The notes beneath the pieces are model-generated. The model was not told the DNA's origin. It made no database searches and saw only the letters and a program-made list of their open reading frames with translations. A stretch of DNA of 63,350 nucleotides, filler included, from Octopus bimaculoides (Eukaryota), in assembly GCF_001194135.2 (NCBI RefSeq). It is 6 parts of 3 records of this genome, joined end to end, with 100 filler letters (N's around TTAATTAATTAA, not from the genome) between each part and the next. Parts side by side here need not be neighbours in the genome. Positions count along the whole stretch, not along the records: positions 30,806 to 47,187 come from NC_068987.1; positions 47,288 to 54,159 come from NC_068982.1; positions 54,260 to 61,824 come from NC_068982.1; 3 more parts are not named here. One strand, written 5' to 3'. Both the position numbers and the translations under genes were made by a program. How positions within the stretch are numbered: position 1 is the first letter of the stretch; every line of letters begins with the position of its first letter. Below, in pieces: positions 40,061 to 54,279 of the stretch.

Positions 40061-42034
40061 CTTTCCCCAAGTGTCTCAAACCCTCCTCCTGCAAAACAAC
40101 TCTTATCTGAAACTCCTTTCTCATTTAGGTTTTCTATAGCCATACACCTATCTCGTTTCAGGTTTGTCAGCATTACTTTTGATTGTACTTGTCTTTCATA
40201 GCGTACGCAGTGCAGTGCTGATACACATCCCTGTAAGAAACGCAAAACCGCCTGCTATGAGATGAGATCTGCTGTAAGCGTCCCATCGTCATTACGAAAG
40301 TTCAACCTTTGGTCTTAGGATACATATGTGCGACAAAAGAGCATTTTATAAAAAGGATATATTCATCGCATCACCATTCACATTCGAAAACCAGATCGAC
40401 GGACAGGGTGAACACAGAAAGTGAAAGAGACAAAATCGTTGCATCACCAAGCCTATATGATCATATTTCTTATATCATGTTGTACTTAGTCGAATAATCA
40501 ATATCATAAAGTGGATAAAGGAGGAGATTTCAAATCCCGACAGTTTAGTATTATTTTAACGTTCTGCAATATCCATTAGTGATTGATAAAATAAGTGGCA
40601 GTATATGAACTGTATCAACGACTTTATTACAACCATTTATTATGTTTAAGACTACTGTTTCAGATTGAATTTGTTCTTGGATATATGGGAATGCGATCAT
40701 GAATGGTGGATGGGACAGTTAAGTAAGAAGAGATGGCAATAGTTTTTATTTCATTTGAGTGTAGGTTCGTTCAGTCAGTGTCGACTGGGATGAAAAATCA
40801 ACCTAAAGAACTGAGCCATTGGAAAAGTTATTCGATAGCATGGTTGGAGAAATATTCTAACCCGCTACACTCTGACCGAAAATTATAATATCATGCAAGC
40901 ATGGAAACAATTCTTTCCTCATTTTCCCTTCTTGGACTCATCTACTTGATTACTAGGGGCTCGGACATATCTGTTTATACCACAGTTGCAACAAAATTTT
41001 CCTCAGTAATCTCTGGTGAGAACGAGAATATATATACATATATGTATATATGTATGTACATAAAACATGTGGTTATTATATTCCATATCTGAAGTAAATA
41101 AAAATCCCTAACTGCAATCGCCCTCGTGCTACAGCTGTTCAGGCAAAACAAGTAAATCTATACCTGGATAATCTCATTCTCCTCTAAAAGAAATTAGAGT
41201 CTGCCCACCAGCACAACACCGGCCGCAACATAACCCGTTATGCAAATGATGCTTTGGTTCATCACACTGGCCTGAAAAACGAGAGCCAATCATTCTGATC
41301 TCCTGCCAAAACGCCGCTACCAATATTGCAGAATTGCAGAATCCCTGCTTTGTATTAAACACAATGATGGCTCCCTAAAATGTATCCTTGCGGCAAAAAC
41401 TCCCAAATACATCCTTGTTTTTTTTTTTTTGTTTTTTTTTTGTATATAGCTTCACATAATACATAGCCGATCACTTCCCTCCAAACGTATCTCTTCACGT
41501 CAGAATGTCTCTGACACAGAAGTCAAATGCAGAAATGCTTTCGACTTTTTTTTTTAACAAGCCTAACACTTTTGACAACGATATTTTCAGTCTACATAAA
41601 CATTAAGCAGTGCAACTTGGTCCTGTACTCACCAAACTCTNNNNNNNNNNNNNNNNNNNNNNNNNNNNNNNNNNNNNNNNNNNNNNNNNNNNNNNNNNNN
41701 NNNNNNNNNNNNNNNNNNNNNNNNNNNNNNNNNNNNNNNNNNNNNNNNNNNNNNNNNNNNNNNNNNNNNNNNNNNNNNNNNNNNNNNNNNNNNNNNNNNN
41801 NNNNNNNNNNNNNNNNNNNNNNNNNNNNNNNNNNNNNNNNNNNNNNNNNNNNNNNNNNNNNNNNNNNNNNNNNNNNNNNNNNNNNNNNNNNNNNNNNNNN
41901 NNNNNNNNNNNNNNNNNNNNNNNNNNNNNNNNNNNNNNNNNNNNNNNNNNNNNNNNNNNNNNNNNNNNNNNNNNNNNNNNNNNNNNNNNNNNNNNNNNNN
42001 NNNNNNNNNNNNNNNNNNNNNNNNNNNNNNNNNN

Positions 42035-42082
<48 letters not shown>

Positions 42083-42130
42083 AATGTATGCATGGGTACA
42101 TACATGCATATATATATATATATATATATA

Positions 42131-42661
42131 TATAGATGTCCCGAAATTAAGGCGACCGAAGTTTCCGGCCTTAATAACTATCAATAAATGTAATAAAATA
42201 GGAAAATTATATATCATTATAAAAGCTTCATGTATTTTCTTTGTGTTTCAGACTAAATAAATTCACATTTACAAATTAGACAATAGCAATACATCAAAAT
42301 ACAATCATAGCCCAACACAAAGGAGGCGAAAGTAATATAGCTATAGCAAAAATCTTAAAATTAACTGAACAACAGTTTGGAAAACAGAAATTTCAAGAGA
42401 CTGCTGATAAACCAGGATTTGACCGAAAAAGAAGTGTGCGGACCCTCAGCTTAACAAATGTACCAGAGAAAAGATACTGCGAAATCCTCGTCGTTCCGCC
42501 AGAAAACAGGCCACCGGAGCAAAAAGAAGCAGAACATCGATGTATCTGAAGGAGGATCTTGGGACCCACCCCTACAAGATTATCAACCAGCATGAACCCA
42601 CGCAAGTTTATAAGGCCATGAGACTGGAAAGACGTCGTTTTATCCTGCCTTAGATTGCTGC
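42131..42661 (+). mobile_element. Tc1/mariner (maT/DD37D-like) transposon 5' part with transposase HTH remnant, cut by a gap
   Basis: TA followed by gatgtcccgaaattaagg TIR-like start. Frame 42441-42653 reads ...KCTREKILRNPRRSARKQA...SRTSMYLKEDLGTHPYKI...KAMRLERRR. Confidence 0.7.
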
Positions 42662-43628
42662 NNNNNNNNNNNNNNNNNNNNNNNNNNNNNNNNNNNNNNN
42701 NNNNNNNNNNNNNNNNNNNNNNNNNNNNNNNNNNNNNNNNNNNNNNNNNNNNNNNNNNNNNNNNNNNNNNNNNNNNNNNNNNNNNNNNNNNNNNNNNNNN
42801 NNNNNNNNNNNNNNNNNNNNNNNNNNNNNNNNNNNNNNNNNNNNNNNNNNNNNNNNNNNNNNNNNNNNNNNNNNNNNNNNNNNNNNNNNNNNNNNNNNNN
42901 NNNNNNNNNNNNNNNNNNNNNNNNNNNNNNNNNNNNNNNNNNNNNNNNNNNNNNNNNNNNNNNNNNNNNNNNNNNNNNNNNNNNNNNNNNNNNNNNNNNN
43001 NNNNNNNNNNNNNNNNNNNNNNNNNNNNNNNNNNNNNNNNNNNNNNNNNNNNNNNNNNNNNNNNNNNNNNNNNNNNNNNNNNNNNNNNNNNNNNNNNNNN
43101 NNNNNNNNNNNNNNNNNNNNNNNNNNNNNNNNNNNNNNNNNNNNNNNNNNNNNNNNNNNNNNNNNNNNNNNNNNNNNNNNNNNNNNNNNNNNNNNNNNNN
43201 NNNNNNNNNNNNNNNNNNNNNNNNNNNNNNNNNNNNNNNNNNNNNNNNNNNNNNNNNNNNNNNNNNNNNNNNNNNNNNNNNNNNNNNNNNNNNNNNNNNN
43301 NNNNNNNNNNNNNNNNNNNNNNNNNNNNNNNNNNNNNNNNNNNNNNNNNNNNNNNNNNNNNNNNNNNNNNNNNNNNNNNNNNNNNNNNNNNNNNNNNNNN
43401 NNNNNNNNNNNNNNNNNNNNNNNNNNNNNNNNNNNNNNNNNNNNNNNNNNNNNNNNNNNNNNNNNNNNNNNNNNNNNNNNNNNNNNNNNNNNNNNNNNNN
43501 NNNNNNNNNNNNNNNNNNNNNNNNNNNNNNNNNNNNNNNNNNNNNNNNNNNNNNNNNNNNNNNNNNNNNNNNNNNNNNNNNNNNNNNNNNNNNNNNNNNN
43601 NNNNNNNNNNNNNNNNNNNNNNNNNNNN

Positions 43629-43780
43629 TATGTATGTAGATGTCTCTACATAATGTATATATATATATATATACAGACACATATATACATCTACATACAT
43701 AAATATGTATGTAGATGTCTCTACATAATGTATATATATATATATATACATATGTCTATAATGTCTATCTATATACATGT
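43629..43780. repeat. About 77-bp tandem duplication next to a gap; also a 24-bp minisatellite at about 45570-45650
   Basis: tatgtatgtagatgtctctacataatgtatatatata occurs twice; atacatatttatgtatataaatac occurs about 3.5 times. Confidence 0.8.
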
Positions 43781-46523
43781 CTTCCAATACATGTTTTAAA
43801 TATATTCTTTCTAAAGGAATTATCAAAACTGAAATTATTCAGTGCCAACCCGGAGAATGTCATCTGCATATTTTGGGGTACACAGTATATGTTGACAAAG
43901 CTTTCAAGGTTTCTTGAGGCAATTAGGAGCTACATCCGAAGTAGCAGCGAAAATTTCTCATAAAATAGAAAATATTATTCTAAACTAAAACACATATAGA
44001 TGTATATGTGTATGCGTGTATGTATGTATGTATATATATATTTATGCATGTACGTACGTATGTATGTATCTATGGATGCATGTGTGTATGTATGTGTGCA
44101 GACATGTATGTGTGCATGTCTGTGCATATATGTATGCACACACACATGCACACACGCACGTACGCTATATGTATATATGCATGGACACACGCATCATGTA
44201 TGGGCATATATACACATTTATATCAATACACACACATACATATATATATGTATGAGTAAACTCATATATGTATATACTTATAACTCTATATATGAATATA
44301 TATCATTATTTATGCAAGTATGTATGTATGTATGCATGCATGTATATATGTAAGTATATATATATATATATATNNNNNNNNNNNNNNNNNNNNNNNNNNN
44401 NNNNNNNNNNNNNNNNNNNNNNNNNNNNNNNNNNNNNNNNNNNNNNNNNNNNNNNNNNNNNNNNNNNNNNNNNNNNNNNNNNNNNNNNNNNNNNNNNNNN
44501 NNNNNNNNNNNNNNNNNNNNNNNNNNNNNNNNNNNNNNNNNNNNNNNNNNNNNNNNNNNNNNNNNNNNNNNNNNNNNNNNNNNNNNNNNNNNNNNNNNNN
44601 NNNNNNNNNNNNNNNNNNNNNNNNNNNNNNNNNNNNNNNNNNNNNNNNNNNNNNNNNNNNNNNNNNNNNNNNNNNNNNNNNNNNNNNNNNNNNNNNNNNN
44701 NNNNNNNNNNNNNNNNNNNNNNNNNNNNNNNNNNNNNNNNNNNNNNNNNNNNNNNNNNNNNNNNNNNNNNNNNNNNNNNNNNNNNNNNNNNNNNNNNNNN
44801 NNNNNNNNNNNNNNNNNNNNNNNNNNNNNNNNNNNNNNNNNNNNNNNNNNNNNNNNNNNNNNNNNNNNNNNNNNNNNNNNNNNNNNNNNNNNNNNNNNNN
44901 NNNNNNNNNNNNNNNNNNNNNNNNNNNNNNNNNNNNNNNNNNNNNNNNNNNNNNNNNNNNNNNNNNNNNNNNNNNNNNNNNNNNNNNNNNNNNNNNNNNN
45001 NNNNNNNNNNNNNNNNNNNNNNNNNNNNNNNNNNNNNNNNNNNNNNNTATATATATATATATATAGATAGATAGATAGATATATAGATAGATAGATAGAT
45101 ATACACAGACATACACACACCCACAACCACATATATTCATACTCATATTTACATTTATAATATCAGTCTCTTGCAAGGGATGATTTACAATAAATACGTA
45201 CGAGCTTTAATGAAACATTTTTTTCTGTGGATTTCGATGTGTGTGGGTTGTTTTGCGTTCGCAGTGTTTCTATCTGCATAACTGTGGATATGTGTTCATA
45301 TAGGAGTGGGTGTGTTTCGTGCAATTAGCCCCTATTCTAAATATGATTTGAAACCTTTCTTTTGAAGTGCTGTTCATTTCTCACGTCAGGTAATTCATTA
45401 CTGACATGCATGTAAATGTGCAAAGGCATAAACATCCATACATAAATATATATACACATACATGCATGTATACAGACATAAATATATGTGCTTATATATA
45501 TTCATATGCGAGCATACAAGCTAGCATATATGCAAATATATATGTATGTGAGTTTTGTGTGTGTATTTATATACATATTTATGTATATAAATACATACAT
45601 ATTTATGTATATAAATACATACATATTTATGTATATAAATACATACATACATATATATATNNNNNNNNNNNNNNNNNNNNNNNNNNNNNNNNNNNNNNNN
45701 NNNNNNNNNNNNNNNNNNNNNNNNNNNNNNNNNNNNNNNNNNNNNNNNNNNNNNNNNNNNNNNNNNNNNNNNNNNNNNNNNNNNNNNNNNNNNNNNNNNN
45801 NNNNNNNNNNNNNNNNNNNNNNNNNNNNNNNNNNNNNNNNNNNNNNNNNNNNNNNNNNNNNNNNNNNNNNNNNNNNNNNNNNNNNNNNNNNNNNNNNNNN
45901 NNNNNNNNNNNNNNNNNNNNNNNNNNNNNNNNNNNNNNNNNNNNNNNNNNNNNNNNNNNNNNNNNNNNNNNNNNNNNNNNNNNNNNNNNNNNNNNNNNNN
46001 NNNNNNNNNNNNNNNNNNNNNNNNNNNNNNNNNNNNNNNNNNNNNNNNNNNNNNNNNNNNNNNNNNNNNNNNNNNNNNNNNNNNNNNNNNNNNNNNNNNN
46101 NNNNNNNNNNNNNNNNNNNNNNNNNNNNNNNNNNNNNNNNNNNNNNNNNNNNNNNNNNNNNNNNNNNNNNNNNNNNNNNNNNNNNNNNNNNNNNNNNNNN
46201 NNNNNNNNNNNNNNNNNNNNNNNNNNNNNNNNNNNNNNNNNNNNNNNNNNNNNNNNNNNNNNNNNNNNNNNNNNNNNNNNNNNNATACAACATACATGCA
46301 TGGAAATACGCTATCCAACATTCCTCGTATCTCTTCTACAGCAAGGATACTGTTTTGTCCCATATAGCTAAATTTATCGTCTTATTACCCAACGTAATGC
46401 CAACTAATGGTCAATTATTCTCTAGGATATCGGGGAGGGTACTATTGCAAATTACATGGAAACTATAAAAACCACAAGAAATACATACACCCACCCACAC
46501 ACACACATATATATATATGTATG

Positions 46524-46595
<72 letters not shown>

Positions 46596-47153
46596 TGTGT
46601 ATGTGTGAATGTGTTGGTATCGATTTCATATATTTTAAAATTCCATTCTGTTCTTCAGATTTAGAATATATTCATTTCCTCGCGTGTTTAATTTTATTGC
46701 TTCTTGTCTTTGCTTTAATGACTTTTCTCATAGGAAATCCAATGGAAATTATTTTTTATAATGTTTATTAGGCCAACAGATATGTTAATATCACAAAAAA
46801 TTTGCAAGACTAATTATGTCGTGCTATTGAAATATTGAAGGATATCCTCGGATTCACACCCGAGATGCTTATAAACACATATGCACAGCGTATAAACAAT
46901 TCAATTTGCAGTGATTTTTAAATATTAGTAAATCGATTTCAAATCAATCGCCCCTCATTACACTCTAATACTTGTGCTCATAGACAGGTAGGAAGGTAGA
47001 TAGATTTGTTTACGTATACATACTGATACATACATTCGTTGATACTAATATCTCACATATATGTGCGCATGTGTTTGAGTACATATAACTATATACAAGC
47101 GTGTATGTATTTGTCCATCGATAAATATATATATATTTCTAAGTATACTTGTT

Positions 47154-47187
<34 letters not shown>

Positions 47188-47719
47188 NNNNNNNNNNNNN
47201 NNNNNNNNNNNNNNNNNNNNNNNNNNNNNNNTTAATTAATTAANNNNNNNNNNNNNNNNNNNNNNNNNNNNNNNNNNNNNNNNNNNNTATATATATATAT
47301 ATATGCGTGTCTCTACATTTGAGTTTGTCCCACCAACATTGATAATTGGCGTTGGTTTGTTCATATCCCCGACCAACGTCGCAGTTCGGCAGCAAGTGAG
47401 AAATACAAAATAGGAACCAGGCTTCAAAGTAATACAAAATAGGTGCCAGACTTAAAATGAAAATAAATACTGGGAGCCGATTTCTTCGACTAATGACTTC
47501 AAACTGATGCACTACCATGACTGATAGAGGTAAAAACAACACACACACACACACATACACACACACACACACAAACACAGAAACATACACACGCACAACG
47601 CACACACAGATAGACACACACACACACTCACTCACAGACACAGACACATTGACAGATGCAGAGAGAGACAGACAGAAAGATAGAGGGACAGACAGACGGG
47701 GGGATAGATAGATAGATCG

Positions 47720-47798
<79 letters not shown>

Positions 47799-48706
47799 GA
47801 TAGATTGATAGATCGATAGATAGATAGACAGATAGATAGATGGTTTGGATTGTTAGATAGATACTGTATACGTTTTTTGATGTATACGTGCATACATACA
47901 TATATGCATACATATATGTTTGTGTGCGTTTGTGTGTGTGTGTGTGAGTGTGTGTGAGTGTGTGTGTGTGTGTGCGTGTGTGTGTGTGTGTGTGCATGTA
48001 TGTGTTTATGTATGTACCGATGAATTATTACTTCTTACGTTTCAGTCTATGTGATCTTCACACATAAGCAGATATACAGAGAGCCCAATTTATCTTTGAA
48101 GAAAGTAGTTAATCTAGAATGAGAGATAATGTGGCAAGGAAGGTAGTCATATATAAATGAGGAAGCGAATGGAGAAAGAAAGATAGAGAGAGAGGGAGAG
48201 GGAGAGAGTATTACCGAGGCAGAGAAAGAGAAAGAGAAAGAGAAGGGAGGAGGAGAGGGAAGAGAGAAACAAGTTTCTACAGAGAGAAGAGATTTAAATA
48301 TGGAGAGTAAGTAGTAGGTGGAGTCACGTATTCTCTATTTTGAAACTGTTTGTACGTGTGTCTGTTTCATGGGACCCCATACTTTTGAACAGTATTGTAG
48401 TTGCATGCCTAACTAAATGGATGCTTGCCTTTGCGCCCATCTATCTGTCTGTTCATCTGCATGCCTGCCTGTCTTCATGCAAATATCGACCGCTTCCTTT
48501 TCTGCTCTCTCCGCCCATATTTCATTCATTATTCATTTTTCTTTCCTTCCTCCCCTCATTCATTTAAACATTCAATCATACTTTCTTTCGTTATTTGTTC
48601 ATAAAATTCTCTTCAAAAATTGACTCTTATCGGATTTGTTTTCTTTTTTTTTTTTCTTTTTAGCTCTTAACGTTACATCTTTGATAGATCCAATAAAGAT
48701 GTGGAT

Positions 48707-48707
48707 G

Positions 48708-48801
<94 letters not shown>

Positions 48802-48830
48802 TAGTATTGATAATAATAATCAGTTATCGT
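48707..48830. repeat. (TAA)n/(TGA)n microsatellite. Other long SSRs: (TAA)n 5732-5790; (CA)n(GATA)n 11312-11457; (TG)n 13264-13339; (CTA)n 18492-18544; (GA/GACA)n 31310-31470; (CT)n 39983-40057; (GATA)n 47704-47840; (TA)n 51646-51709; (TG)n 58651-58800
   Basis: Read directly. These tracts explain most low-complexity ORF-track entries. Confidence 0.95.
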
Positions 48831-49300
48831 CATTGTCATTGTTATTATTATTTTGTTGGCTACAATTTCCCTAAATGCTGTAAAATTTTAAAAAGTGGAT
48901 ATTTAGTGACAGTGAATAAATGAAAATGCCGAAACGTAGTGAACGTACTATAAAAATAGTAAACAACAATATTTAACTCGAGCGCGCGCGCGTGTATCTG
49001 TGTGCAAGTGGAGAAAAATGATTAAGGCTGGGATATTTAGATGAAGAAAATTGCAAATTTATTATTTTCTGGCAAATTTGATGATATACACAGATTCCTT
49101 CGGGTGAGTAAAACTGTGTTCTTAACTTGCAATCGAAGGCTGAACATTATGTCTGAGGGTGAGAATAGCCGGGATGTCCTACGATGTAACAATCACGCCT
49201 TAATGCAATGTGAAGTTATATTTCTTCTTTCCATAGAAGAAGTGAAACTGAGGGCATTTTATAAGAATATAAGGCGTACGTTCTCAACGCTGCTATCACA

Positions 49301-49855
49301 GTGACAAGAAGAAATATTTCATATTTCGGCACAAAAATGAGAGGAGAATGTGTAAGACGTTTGAATCGATTCTACTCTTTTAGTTTATTGACCAACAGAT
49401 ATAAAATGCGAGAGAATAGATTACATATACTTATACATTCACTCCGTCCTCTTGATAAATCCGAGGGCACAGCCTCAGCAAAAACGAACTACGTTAACAG
49501 TACGGATGAAGATGTTTCTCAAGGTGGAAATAAGGATTATGACAAGAATGTTGATGACAATGATGATTTTCGAGTAACAAACGTGGATTGTGCATATCTT
49601 AGAGAATCGACCCAGAGAAGTATAAGGCTTTATTTAAAAGATAATGCTTCAAACATCAAATCTGACACACACCCTCGTATTATCAGGATTTTGAAGCCAG
49701 AAAACCAAAGATCTGAAGCTTTTATAACAATGATTAACATACAACAAAGTACAATACGTCACAAATATCAATATTTTCAATATTATCAATCATATAAAGA
49801 ACCAGGCAAACAAACACTAATAACTTCAACACCAACTGCAATATGTAACAAGTAA
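49301..49855 (+). other. Unassigned 184-codon open reading frame (N/D/T/Q-rich)
   Basis: Stop-free for 555 nt in AT-rich, non-microsatellite sequence; no motif recognised. Confidence 0.3.
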
Positions 49856-50003
49856 ACACGAAACTCTAAAACTAGTCCACGTACTTTGAGCATGTATGTG
49901 TTGTTTATGTATGTGTGTTTGTGTGAGTGTGAGTGTATATGTGTGGGTGGGAGGGATGCGAGAGTGAATAAGAGAGAGATAGAGAGAGAGAGAGAGACAG
50001 AGA

Positions 50004-50037
<34 letters not shown>

Positions 50038-50456
50038 TAGATAGAGACAAACAGGAAGGAATGTAGAGACAGAGAGAGCGTTTGTATGTGTGTGATCGGA
50101 TTGAGCGATAGTCTGTTTCGAAAATAAACGTTAACATGAAGTCAAGAGAATTTGTCAAGAGCTACTACGAATCTAATTATGCTGAATTAATACTGGAATA
50201 TTGAAGAAAGCAAATAAAAGGAGAGAAAATACGAATGTATGTATGTATGTATGTATGTATGTATGTATATATGTATGCATGTATGTATGTATGCATGTGT
50301 GTATGTATGTGTGAGATTTAAGTAAAGCAAAACGTTTCTAAGCTTGCGACTTAAAGATTTGATTATGCACACAGAAACTTAAATGAAATTTAAAATAATA
50401 CAGCGGCACTCGAATAAATTTTCTGAAACATTTCATGATATATAAATATATCATGA

Positions 50457-50506
<50 letters not shown>

Positions 50507-50524
50507 GTGTATGTATATATATAA

Positions 50525-50584
<60 letters not shown>

Positions 50585-50743
50585 GCAGGTAGATAGATAT
50601 AGGTATATTTATAGATATAGATATATATAGATATAGATATAGATATAGATATATATATATAGATATAGATATATATACATATACATATATATACATATAT
50701 ATACATTTATATACATATGCATACATATATATATATATATATA

Positions 50744-50802
<59 letters not shown>

Positions 50803-50830
50803 GTTATGTATATGTATCTATAATATATGT
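50457..50830. repeat. Compound microsatellite (TCTA)n-(GATA)n-(GATATA)n-(TA)n
   Basis: Read directly from the sequence. Confidence 0.95.
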
Positions 50831-51640
50831 ATATATGTGGGTGTATATGTGTGCGTGTGTATGCGCGTGTGTGTCTGCATATATATATATATATTTACAT
50901 ACTTATTCATGGACATTGCGTTACGTAACAACCATCATATGTATTTCTTTTCGGTTTCTAGTAATTAATTGCAATTGTTTGTGGTTTATCATACAAAAAC
51001 TTAACTTTCTGATTGTACAATGACAAGGGCTAAACATACGCTAAGGCAAAGAAGCTACACATTACTTCTTATACGCACATTCAAAAATAAATAAACACAC
51101 AAACATGCAAAACACAAACCACCCTAAACCATATATCTTATCTTCATACGCACTTTTTTATGTAGATCAGCAGCGCAAATATATATTTGCAAGTTACTTG
51201 ACAGAATGTTCTTGCTATATGAATACAGCAAGAAATACAGAAATTTATATTCATCAGATATGTATTAACAGTTATAGTTTTAAATTTGCAATACTGTCTT
51301 TTCTTCTTTATATGTTGTAGGCAAAATTAGGTTGATATCCAAGTTAGAAGTTGAAATGTAAAGTTCAGAGTACCGTATCCATCCTAGTGCTAAGTAAGTT
51401 TAGGTTTTTATTCGTCACATAATAACGGAAATCAAAGTGGAATCCGACAAGATTCGACCTCACATAAAGTGTCATATAACAAATTACTGCAAAGGATTCT
51501 TTCCCATTTTACCCAATTCGAAAGGTGCAAAGCTATAATAATAACAACAATAATAATCCCTGTAGAAGAACTCAGAAGGGTGGGTTTCCAAGCAGACCTT
51601 TCGTGATACCCTTAAAGCTAAGAACTTTTCAGTCCCCATC

Positions 51641-51712
<72 letters not shown>

Positions 51713-51907
51713 TGGATGTGGGTAGGTGTGTGGTTGCATATATTAGAGATAGATAGGTACATAGTTATATACATATCCATTTATGCATGTAATGTGTGTA
51801 TACGTGTGTGAATATAAGTGTATATATGCAGGTATAGATTTTATATGTTATGTAAATTTAAATACTACTCATTCATGTATATGAAGTTCATACGTATAAA
51901 TTCATTA

Positions 51908-51987
<80 letters not shown>

Positions 51988-53415
51988 ACAAGCACACACA
52001 TACGTTTATATTCCATTTTTGGACGCATTGCATATTTATCTTTTCCGATTTTCTTCTTTACGTAGACACCGTCGATAACCCTAACTAGTTCCTAATTATC
52101 TCTGTAGCACACCCGATAAATAAATATTTCGCTTAAAGGATTGAAATTGGGCCTCATGAGGCACATATATAACTATCCAACACAATTTTCTGTGCACGCA
52201 GGTGTAAGCATTTATGTATGTTTGCATGTATAAGCAAATATGTATCAAATCAACTACGAACAAGCATTTACAAGGCCTTGCTACACAAACATGCAAGTAT
52301 ACTCCAAAGCTAACGAAAGCAGCTGTATTGAACACTTTTATGGGGAACCGTCCTCTTTCAATATTCATGCATATTTTCTAACATTACCTTAAATATATTC
52401 GTCAAAAATATAATGCAAAGAACTCCCACAGGATCTCCCAATAAACACGGTGTACTTTAAGTAATATATTCATATGCATGCAAGACTTAGCTTGTGCATA
52501 CAAAAACTTCTTTGGACGCCTACTAGCACATGTATGATAGTGGTTGCACACAAGCATGTACTTTTGTCATTGCTCGATATATAAATAACTGCGAATAGAC
52601 ATGATAATAAAACAGGCACGTTGAAACACATACAAGCACACACAGAGATACATACACACATATAGACACATACAAATATGCGTATATATAAATATATATA
52701 AATGTATATGTGGATATATATATATATACATATAGATAGATAAATATTTATATAACTGCATATATACTTATATACGAACGTATCAATCACACACAAGCGT
52801 ATATACACATATATATGTATATATGAGTGTATGTGGCTACCTGGGGATTGAACCTTAGCTATACATCAAGTGAAATCTACAGATTATAGACGTTGCCTTC
52901 TTATTCTGGTGGATGTTATTCTAGTGACACGCAATCAAGATAATTTAATCTTTGGAATACCATAGACTGTTTCGGATATTATAACATAGGATTACCAGAA
53001 ACCGTGAGTAAAGTTAGATTACACACACACACANNNNNNNNNNNNNNNNNNNNNNNNNNNNNNNNNNNNNNNNNNNNNNNNNNNNNNNNNNNNNNNNNNN
53101 NNNNNNNNNNNNNNNNNNNNNNNNNNNNNNNNNNNNNNNNNNNNNNNNNNNNNNNNNNNNNNNNNNNNNNNNNNNNNNNNNNNNNNNNNNNNNNNNNNNN
53201 NNNNNNNNNNNNNNNNNNNNNNNNNNNNNNNNNNNNNNNNNNNNNNNNNNNNNNNNNNNNNNNNNNNNNNNNNNNNNNNNNNNNNNNNNNNNNNNNNNNN
53301 NNNNNNNNAATATATATATATACATATATATATATAAATGTATACATTCATTACTTTATAATTATCCGTATCTCTAACAATGTCTCATTGTCTCATCTGT
53401 CAGTGTTTATAAGTG

Positions 53416-53464
<49 letters not shown>

Positions 53465-54279
53465 GTCTGTCCATCTGTCTGTCTGTCTATCTATCTATCA
53501 AACTGTCTACATCGTCAGCTCTGCCCTCTGAATATATATGTGAATGTGTGTATGTGTGTTTGTGTATATGTACACTGCATATACCCTGTGTATACATACA
53601 TTGCATATACACTCTATATATATATATAAATATACACTGTAGAATTTTTGAAAACAGCAGCACAATGTGACTGTTTTGGAGTTTTGGAGTACCCTCTTGA
53701 CATTTTACATCATATATATCGAAAGGAATATATACATATGGGCATACATATATGTATGTATATATGTATATATGTGTGTATCTGTGTTTTATATACACAT
53801 CTGTCTAACTGCCCATCAATTTCTTTCTTTCTCTCTCTCTCTCTCTGAGTCTAACTATAATTCTCTTTCTATATACACACAGACATATTTCTCTCTTTAT
53901 ATATACACACACACATATTCACATACACACACATACATATATCGATACATACATAGAAATGCATATGTACATACACACACAAACAAACAAACACACATAC
54001 ATACATATATATGTTGTGTGGTAAGAAGCTTGCTTCCCCACACATGGTTCTGGGTTCAGTCTCACACTGCGTGGTTCCTTGGGTATAGATTCGGGCGGAC
54101 CAAAGCTTTGTGAGTGGATTTGGCAGACGAAAACAGGAAGATCGTGGAATATATATATANNNNNNNNNNNNNNNNNNNNNNNNNNNNNNNNNNNNNNNNN
54201 NNNTTAATTAATTAANNNNNNNNNNNNNNNNNNNNNNNNNNNNNNNNNNNNNNNNNNNNATATATATACATATATATAT

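Noticed and set aside
51321-51393. Exon-like segment with a strong acceptor and gtaagt donor
   Set aside because: Stops in all three frames; could only be non-coding, and there is no further support.
52906-52995. DYRRCLLILVDVILV resembling TRPM PPDYRISLIDIGLV; also DIGEGT at about 46426 and IHRFL at about 49085
   Set aside because: Similarity is too weak, with in-frame stops or missing flanking motifs.
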